In this document: one piece after another, positions 56,431 to 64,000 of the stretch
Position numbering within the stretch: position 1 is the stretch's first letter
Layout: each line of letters opens with the position of its first letter
NCBI GenBank assembly: GCA_020161655.1
Contig: JAIUPC010000023.1
Span: 16,231-80,230 of the forward strand
Direction of reading: 5' to 3'
Length of the DNA: 64,000 nt
Origin: Pseudomonadota bacterium
GTDB lineage: Bacteria > Pseudomonadota > Alphaproteobacteria > Rhodobacterales > Rhodobacteraceae
Position numbers and translations under genes: made by a program
The notes under the pieces: model-generated
Databases searched by the model: none
Seen by the model: the letters and a program-made list of their open reading frames with translations, nothing else
What the model was told of the DNA's origin: nothing

Positions 56431-57498
56431 ATGACCGAGCAAAGATCGAGAATCCTGACCGAGATGAACGACCGCTCGCGCGAGGTCTTTCGCCGCGTCG
56501 TCGAAAGCTATCTCTCGTCGGGCGAGCCGGTCGGCTCGCGCACCCTGACGCGGTCCCTGAGCGAAAGGGTCTCTGCCGCGACCGTGCGCAACGTGATGCA
56601 GGATCTCGAATTCCTCGGCCTTCTCGACAGCCCGCATACCTCTGCTGGCCGGGTTCCAACGCAGCTTGGCCTTCGCATGTTCGTCGATGGGCTGATGGAG
56701 GTCGGCACCCTGACCGCCGAGGACCGCGAGGCGATTGACGCGACCACGGCAGGCGAAGCGGGCGTCGCCTCGCTTCTCGACCGGGTCGGCCATGCGCTGT
56801 CGGGCATCACCCATGGCGCGAGCCTTGTCCTGACACCAAAGCGCGAAGCGCCGATCCGGCATATCGAATTCGTCAGCCTCGCCCCCGACCGGGCGCTCGT
56901 TGTCCTCGTCTTCGCTGATGGCCAGGTGGAGAACCGCGTCTTCTCGCCGCCCCTCGGCCATACGCCTTCCGCCATGCGCGAGGCCGGGAATTTCCTCAAT
57001 GCCATGGCCGAAGGCCGGACGGTGTCGGAACTGCGCGGCCATCTCGTCGCGGAAATCACCCGGCGCCGGCAGGAGCTTGACGTGGCCGCCCGCGACCTTG
57101 TGGAGCGCGGGCTGGCAGTCTGGGACGGCTCCGATGCCTCGACCGAACGGCTGATCGTGCGGGGCCGCGCCAACCTTCTCGATCAGGGCGATCAGGTCGA
57201 TCTCGACCGGATCCGCGTGCTCTTCGACGATCTTGAACGCAAGCGCGACATCGCCGAATTCCTCGAACTGACCGAGGCGGGCGAGGGCGTGCGCATTTTC
57301 ATCGGCTCGGAGAACAAACTTTTTTCACTTTCGGGTTCCTCTCTGGTGGTCTCTCCCTATATGAACGCTGACCGTAAGATCATCGGCGCCGTCGGCGTCA
57401 TCGGTCCGACGCGGCTGAACTACGGGCGCATCGTGCCGATCGTCGACTACACGGCGCAGCTTGTCGGGCGCCTTCTGTCCGGAGAGCGCAAGGGATAG
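56431..57498 (+). CDS. hrcA: Heat-inducible transcription repressor HrcA
   Basis: 355 aa with LTEMNDRSREVFRRVVESYLSSGEPVGSRTL in the N-terminus. Followed by grpE. Confidence 0.92.
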   Translation: MTEQRSRILTEMNDRSREVFRRVVESYLSSGEPVGSRTLTRSLSERVSAATVRNVMQDLEFLGLLDSPHTSAGRVPTQLGLRMFVDGLMEVGTLTAEDREAIDATTAGEAGVASLLDRVGHALSGITHGASLVLTPKREAPIRHIEFVSLAPDRALVVLVFADGQVENRVFSPPLGHTPSAMREAGNFLNAMAEGRTVSELRGHLVAEITRRRQELDVAARDLVERGLAVWDGSDASTERLIVRGRANLLDQGDQVDLDRIRVLFDDLERKRDIAEFLELTEAGEGVRIFIGSENKLFSLSGSSLVVSPYMNADRKIIGAVGVIGPTRLNYGRIVPIVDYTAQLVGRLLSGERKG

Positions 57499-57501
57499 AC
57501 C

Positions 57502-58050
57502 ATGAGTGAGATGAAGAAAGACGAACTTGCCGAAGACCAGGCGCTGATGGGCGACGAGATGCTTGAGGCCGATGATGCTCAGGCCGAGATCGAAGCACTC
57601 CGCGCCGAACGCGACGACATGCGCGACCGTTTCATGCGGGCGCTGGCGGATGCCGAGAATATCCGCAAGCGCGGCGAGCGTGACCGGCGCGAGGCGGAAC
57701 AATATGGCGGCTCCAAGCTCGCCCGCGACCTTCTGCCGGTCTATGACAACCTGAAGCGCGCGCTCGACCATGCGACGGATGAGCAGAAGGAAGGCGCCAA
57801 GGCGCTTTTCGACGGCGTCGAGCTGACGATGAAGGAGCTTGTCTCGGTCCTCGGCAAGCACGGCGTCCAGCAGGTGGTGCCCGCGATCGGCGAGAAGTTC
57901 GATCCGCAGATGCATCAGGCGATGTTCGAGGCGCCGGTGCCGGGGACCAAGGCCGGCGACATCATCCAGGTGATGACCGAGGGCTTTCTTCTTCACGACC
58001 GGCTTTTGCGCCCCGCGCAGGTCGGCGTCAGTTCGATGCCGAAGTCCTGA
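57502..58050 (+). CDS. grpE: Nucleotide exchange factor GrpE
   Basis: 182 aa with an acidic N-terminus, RALADAENIRKR and FDPQMHQA motifs. Confidence 0.93.
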   Translation: MSEMKKDELAEDQALMGDEMLEADDAQAEIEALRAERDDMRDRFMRALADAENIRKRGERDRREAEQYGGSKLARDLLPVYDNLKRALDHATDEQKEGAKALFDGVELTMKELVSVLGKHGVQQVVPAIGEKFDPQMHQAMFEAPVPGTKAGDIIQVMTEGFLLHDRLLRPAQVGVSSMPKS

Positions 58051-58064
58051 CTTCGGCGGCGGAA

Positions 58065-58102
58065 GCGGGGGTTTCACACCCCCGCACCCCCGTGGAGTAC
58101 TT
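58065..58102. repeat. Intergenic repeat copy B (GC hairpin + ACCCCCGTGGAGTACTT tail)
   Basis: GCGGGGG-tttcaca-CCCCCGC followed by ACCCCCGTGGAGTACTT. Matches the element at 10078-10110. Confidence 0.6.
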
Positions 58103-58121
58103 GCACCACAATGAATGCAAA

Positions 58122-58139
58122 GGCGGGGTTCACCCCGCC
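58122..58139. terminator. Bidirectional terminator hairpin between convergent grpE and mutS
   Basis: GGCGGGG-ttca-CCCCGCC, with TTATTCTTTC on the plus side and TTTGCATTCATT on the minus side. Abuts the mutS stop. Confidence 0.65.
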
Positions 58140-60791
58140 TTATTCTTTCAACGCACGCTTGAGATCGTAGAGCGCCGCCAAGGCCTGCAAGGGTGTCATT
58201 TCGTCGGGATGAAGGCCGCGGAGCTGCTCTTCCAGCGGCGAGGGTCCTTTCGCCGGGCGCGGCGCGGGCGGGGCGGCGGGCATGGCGCTGAACAAGGGCA
58301 GGTCGTCGATCAGCGCGTGTTTCCGTGTGCCGCCCTCACGCTCGCCCTTCTCAAGCGCCTCCAGCACCACTTTCGCCCGCTCGACGACGGCGGCGGGCAG
58401 TCCGGCGAGGCGGGCGACCTGAACGCCGTAGCTGCGGTCAGCGGCACCCTGCCGGACCTCATGGAGGAATATGACGTCGCCCTCCCATTCCTTCACCGTG
58501 ACGGTCGCGTTCTCGACCCCGGAAAGCTTCCCCGCCAGCGCCGTCATCTCATGGTAATGGGTGGCGAAAAGCGCGCGGCAGCGGTTCACGTCATGGAGGT
58601 GTTCGAGCGTCGCCCAGGCGATGGAAAGCCCGTCATAGGTCGCGGTGCCGCGACCGATCTCATCGAGGATCACCAGCGCGCGGTCGTCGGCCTGATTGAG
58701 GATGGCCGCGGTTTCCACCATCTCGACCATGAAAGTCGACCGTCCCCGCGCGAGGTCATCGGCGGCGCCGACGCGGCTGAAGAGCTGGCTGACAAGGCCG
58801 ATATGGGCGGCGCGGGCGGGAACGAAGCTCCCGGCCTGCGCCAGAAGGGCGATCACCGCGTTCTGCCGGAGGAAGGTCGATTTGCCGGCCATGTTCGGAC
58901 CGGTCAGAAGCCAGATCGCCGGGGTATCGCCAGAGGTCAGGGCGCAATCGTTCTCGACGAAGCTTTCGCCCGCGCGCTTCAGGGCGCGCTCCACCACCGG
59001 GTGGCGGCCGCCTTCGACGCTGAAGGCGCGGCTTGCGTCCACCTTCGGCTCGGACCAGTCGTCCGACCGCGCGAGATCGGCGAAAGCGGCAAAAAGGTCG
59101 ATCTCGGCCAGCGCCCTTGCGGCCCCGGAGATCAGCGCGGCAGCGTCGAGAACCATAACTTTCAGGCCGTCATAGAGCCGCTTTTCGATCTCGATGGCCC
59201 GGTTGCCGGCATTGAGGATCTTCGTCTCCATCTCGGAGAGCGGCACCGTGGTGAAGCGCACCTGATTGGCCGTGGTCTGGCGGTGGATGAAGGTTTCCGA
59301 AAGCGGCGGCGACAGCATCCGTTCGGCATGGGTCGCGGTCGTTTCGATGAAATAGCCAAGCACGTTGTTGTGCTTGATCTTCAGGCTCTGCACCCCGGTG
59401 TCGCGGATGTAATCGGCCTGCATCGCCGCAATGACGCTCCGCCCCTCGTCGCGAAGCCGGCGGGCATCGTCGAGATCGGCATCGAAGCCCTTGGCGATGA
59501 AACCGCCGTCGCGGGTCAGAAGCGGCAGGTCATCGGCGAGCGCGCGGGCGAAAAGGGCGGCGAGGTCGTCAAATCCGGTCATCGCGCGGGCGGCGGCGGT
59601 GATCTTCTCCGGCAGGCCACCCTGCAATCCGACCGCGATGGCGCCTGCCTGCTCCAGCCCGGCGCGGATCGCAGCCAGATCGCGCGGCCCGCCCCGGTCA
59701 AGGGCGAGGCGCGACAGCGCCCGGTCGATGTCGGGCACCCGGCGCAGGGCATCGCGAAGTGTATCGGCGAGGCGCGGGTCGTCGGCAAAGGCCCGGACCG
59801 CATCGAGCCGGGCGCGTATCTCGGCCAGATCGCGCGACGGCGCCGAAAGCCGCCGATCGAGAAGCCGCGCGCCCGCCGCTGTCACCGTCCTGTCCACGGC
59901 AGCGATGAGCGAGCCTTCGCGCTCACCCGAGAGCGCCCGAGTGATCTCAAGGTTGCGCCGTGTCGCCGCATCTATCTGAAGCGCGGTGCCCGTCGCCTCT
60001 TTCACCGGCGGGCGCAGCAGCGGCAGCTTTCCGCGCTGCGTGAGGTCGAGATAGGCGAGGACCGCGCCCAATGCCGCGACATCGGCGCGCTCGAAGTTGC
60101 CGAAGGCATCGGCGGTCGCCACGCCGAATTGCGCCACCAGCCGCTTCTCCGCCCCGGCGCTGTCGAAGCTTGCCCGCGCCAGCGGCGTCAGCGCAACGCG
60201 CTGGTCGGCCGCGATGGCCTCCACATCGGAAACCCTAGTCTCCGCCACCAGAATCTCGCTTGGGGCCAGCCGCGCCAGCTCCGGCCCGAGGCGGATCAGC
60301 GGGCAGGCCATGACGCGGAATTCGCCGGTCGAGATATCGGCCCAGGCCAGCGCGCCCTCATCCCGGACCTCGGCCCAGGCGGCAAGGAAATTGTGCCGCC
60401 GCGCCTCAAGCAAGGTTTCCTCGGTCAGCGTCCCCGGAGTCACCAGCCGCACCACATCGCGCGCCACCACCGACTTGGCACCACGCTTCTTCGCCTCGGC
60501 CGGGTCCTCCATCTGCTCGGCGATGGCGACGCGGAAGCCCTTGCGGATCAGCGTGAGAAGATAGCCCTCGGCGGCATGGACCGGCACGCCGCACATCGGG
60601 ATGTCCTGGCCGAGATGCTGGCCACGTTTCGTCAGCGCGATGTCGAGCGCCGCCGCCGCCGCCTCGGCATCGGCGAAGAACATCTCGTAGAAATCGCCCA
60701 TCCGGTAGAAAAGCAGCGCCTCCGGGTAGCGCCCCTTGATTTCAAGATATTGCGCCATCATCGGCGTGACTGTGCCGTCGCTCGTATCCAC
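58140..60791 (-). CDS. mutS: DNA mismatch repair protein MutS
   Basis: 883 aa with TPMMAQYLEIK, GDFYEMF and Walker A GPNMAGKST. Confidence 0.96.
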   Translation of the reverse strand: MDTSDGTVTPMMAQYLEIKGRYPEALLFYRMGDFYEMFFADAEAAAAALDIALTKRGQHLGQDIPMCGVPVHAAEGYLLTLIRKGFRVAIAEQMEDPAEAKKRGAKSVVARDVVRLVTPGTLTEETLLEARRHNFLAAWAEVRDEGALAWADISTGEFRVMACPLIRLGPELARLAPSEILVAETRVSDVEAIAADQRVALTPLARASFDSAGAEKRLVAQFGVATADAFGNFERADVAALGAVLAYLDLTQRGKLPLLRPPVKEATGTALQIDAATRRNLEITRALSGEREGSLIAAVDRTVTAAGARLLDRRLSAPSRDLAEIRARLDAVRAFADDPRLADTLRDALRRVPDIDRALSRLALDRGGPRDLAAIRAGLEQAGAIAVGLQGGLPEKITAAARAMTGFDDLAALFARALADDLPLLTRDGGFIAKGFDADLDDARRLRDEGRSVIAAMQADYIRDTGVQSLKIKHNNVLGYFIETTATHAERMLSPPLSETFIHRQTTANQVRFTTVPLSEMETKILNAGNRAIEIEKRLYDGLKVMVLDAAALISGAARALAEIDLFAAFADLARSDDWSEPKVDASRAFSVEGGRHPVVERALKRAGESFVENDCALTSGDTPAIWLLTGPNMAGKSTFLRQNAVIALLAQAGSFVPARAAHIGLVSQLFSRVGAADDLARGRSTFMVEMVETAAILNQADDRALVILDEIGRGTATYDGLSIAWATLEHLHDVNRCRALFATHYHEMTALAGKLSGVENATVTVKEWEGDVIFLHEVRQGAADRSYGVQVARLAGLPAAVVERAKVVLEALEKGEREGGTRKHALIDDLPLFSAMPAAPPAPRPAKGPSPLEEQLRGLHPDEMTPLQALAALYDLKRALKE

Positions 60792-60935
60792 AGGGTCCCC
60801 CGGTTTCCGGCGAAACCTACAGAAGCGCCCAAGGCCGGGAAAGCCGAAATAATGGTGGCGCTAACGGCCCTCAGCGGCGTTGTCGGCTTCGATGGCGGGC
60901 GCTATGACGGCGGGAAGCAAGGGAGAGCTCCAGAG

Positions 60936-63197
<2,262 letters not shown>

Positions 63198-63217
63198 CCG
63201 GCAAGGAAGGGTGAGGC

Positions 63218-64000
63218 ATGACGATCTACAATCTCGGTTCGATCAATATCGACCATTTCTACCGCCTGCCGCACCTGCCCGAACCCGGTGAAACCCTCGC
63301 CGCGACCAGCTATTCGGTCGGCCTCGGCGGCAAGGGCGCCAACCAGTCGGCGGCGGCGGCCAAGGCCGGGGCGCGGGTCGTCCATATCGGCGCGGTCGGG
63401 CCGGAGGGCGGCTGGACCGTCGACCGACTGAAGGGCTGGGGCGTCGATACTGGCGCCATCGCAAGGATCGAGACGCCGACCGGCCATGCCATCATCAATG
63501 TCGATGCCGGGGCCGAAAACACGATCATCCTTTTCCCCGGAGCGAACCGGGCGATGCCCTTCGAGGTGGTGGAAAAGGCGCTCGCCGGGGCCAGCCGTGG
63601 CGATACGCTGATGATGCAGAATGAAACCGCGCATCAGGCGGCGGCGGCGAAGCTTGCGCGCGAGAAGGGCCTGCATGTCATGTATTCGGCGGCACCCTTC
63701 GACGTGGACGCCGTGCGCGCGGTCCTGAAATACGTCTCTATCCTTGCGGTAAACGCCGTCGAGGCGCAGCAACTCTCCGAGGCGATGGGCGTAGCCCCCG
63801 ACGATCTCGGCCTGCCGGAACTCCTCATCACAAGGGGCGGCGACGGTGCCGAATGGCGCGGCGACGACAAGATCTTCCGCGCCGCACCGATCAAGGTCGA
63901 AGCCGTGGACACGACCGGCGCCGGCGACACTTTCGCCGGCTATTTCGCCGCCGGCCGCGATGCCGGGCTGACGCCATCGCAGGCGCTCGACCTTGCCGGG
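63218..64000 (+). CDS. rbsK: Ribokinase-like PfkB kinase, 5' part (runs off window)
   Basis: Translated by eye as MTIYNLGSINIDHFYRLPHLPEPGETLAATSYSVGLGGKGANQS...DTTGAGDTFAGYF. Open to the window end and not in the ORF track because no stop is reached. Confidence 0.8.
   Translation, partial: MTIYNLGSINIDHFYRLPHLPEPGETLAATSYSVGLGGKGANQSAAAAKAGARVVHIGAVGPEGGWTVDRLKGWGVDTGAIARIETPTGHAIINVDAGAENTIILFPGANRAMPFEVVEKALAGASRGDTLMMQNETAHQAAAAKLAREKGLHVMYSAAPFDVDAVRAVLKYVSILAVNAVEAQQLSEAMGVAPDDLGLPELLITRGGDGAEWRGDDKIFRAAPIKVEAVDTTGAGDTFAGYFAAGRDAGLTPSQALDLAG

Overview
High-GC, densely coding chromosomal window that looks alphaproteobacterial (Rhodobacteraceae-like). I recognised no rRNA, tRNA, CRISPR array, transposase or prophage gene. 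Content from left to right:

1. 1-11.2 kb: a complete [NiFe] uptake-hydrogenase maturation and regulation cluster. Order is hupL (3' end), hupE, hupC, then a terminator and an AT-rich island, then hupDFGH, hupJ (rubredoxin fusion), hupK, hypAB, hupR, hypCDE.
2. 11.2-18.9 kb: an accessory-looking divergon. A minus-strand cassette (LbH acyltransferase, ACP, AMP-ligase, SDR) faces a plus-strand NosR/NirI-like flavo-FeS membrane protein, ApbE, a GT2 glycosyltransferase and VanZ. This is my best candidate for an undescribed system.
3. 18.9-27.9 kb: a quinoprotein alcohol dehydrogenase island. It holds an XoxJ/MxaJ-like protein, two c-type cytochromes, a PedA1A2BC-like ABC system with an extra unknown secreted protein, a Sel1 protein, and a PQQ-ADH carrying the D-Y-D signature associated with lanthanide dependence.
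4. 28.0-37.7 kb: a 10-gene GntR-led operon. It encodes a BMP-type ABC importer, an isochorismatase-like hydrolase, a PfkB kinase, a nucleoside phosphorylase, a UPF0309-type SIS protein and an aldehyde dehydrogenase. The substrate is not deducible from sequence.
5. 37.8-42.6 kb: a quinone/aromatic detoxification-like locus with a YcaC-like hydrolase, a small GNAT, two pirins and a VOC-dioxygenase::carboxylesterase fusion.
6. 42.6-53.1 kb: an origin-proximal core. dnaQ-coaE-aroE-maf are on the minus strand. A 423-bp gap packed with DnaA-box-like 9-mers and an AT-rich tract (candidate oriC) follows. Then hemJ-rho-mnmE-mnmG-rsmG-parA-parB run on the plus strand, with two perfect 16-bp parS palindromes flanking mnmG.
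7. 53.1-64 kb: housekeeping genes (ybaN-like, hemW, ridA-like, rdgB, rph, hrcA-grpE, mutS, maeB, rbsK 5' part).

Many long ORFs in the supplied track are antisense or read-through artefacts of the high GC content and were rejected. All functional calls come from reading motifs in the translations. No database search was run.
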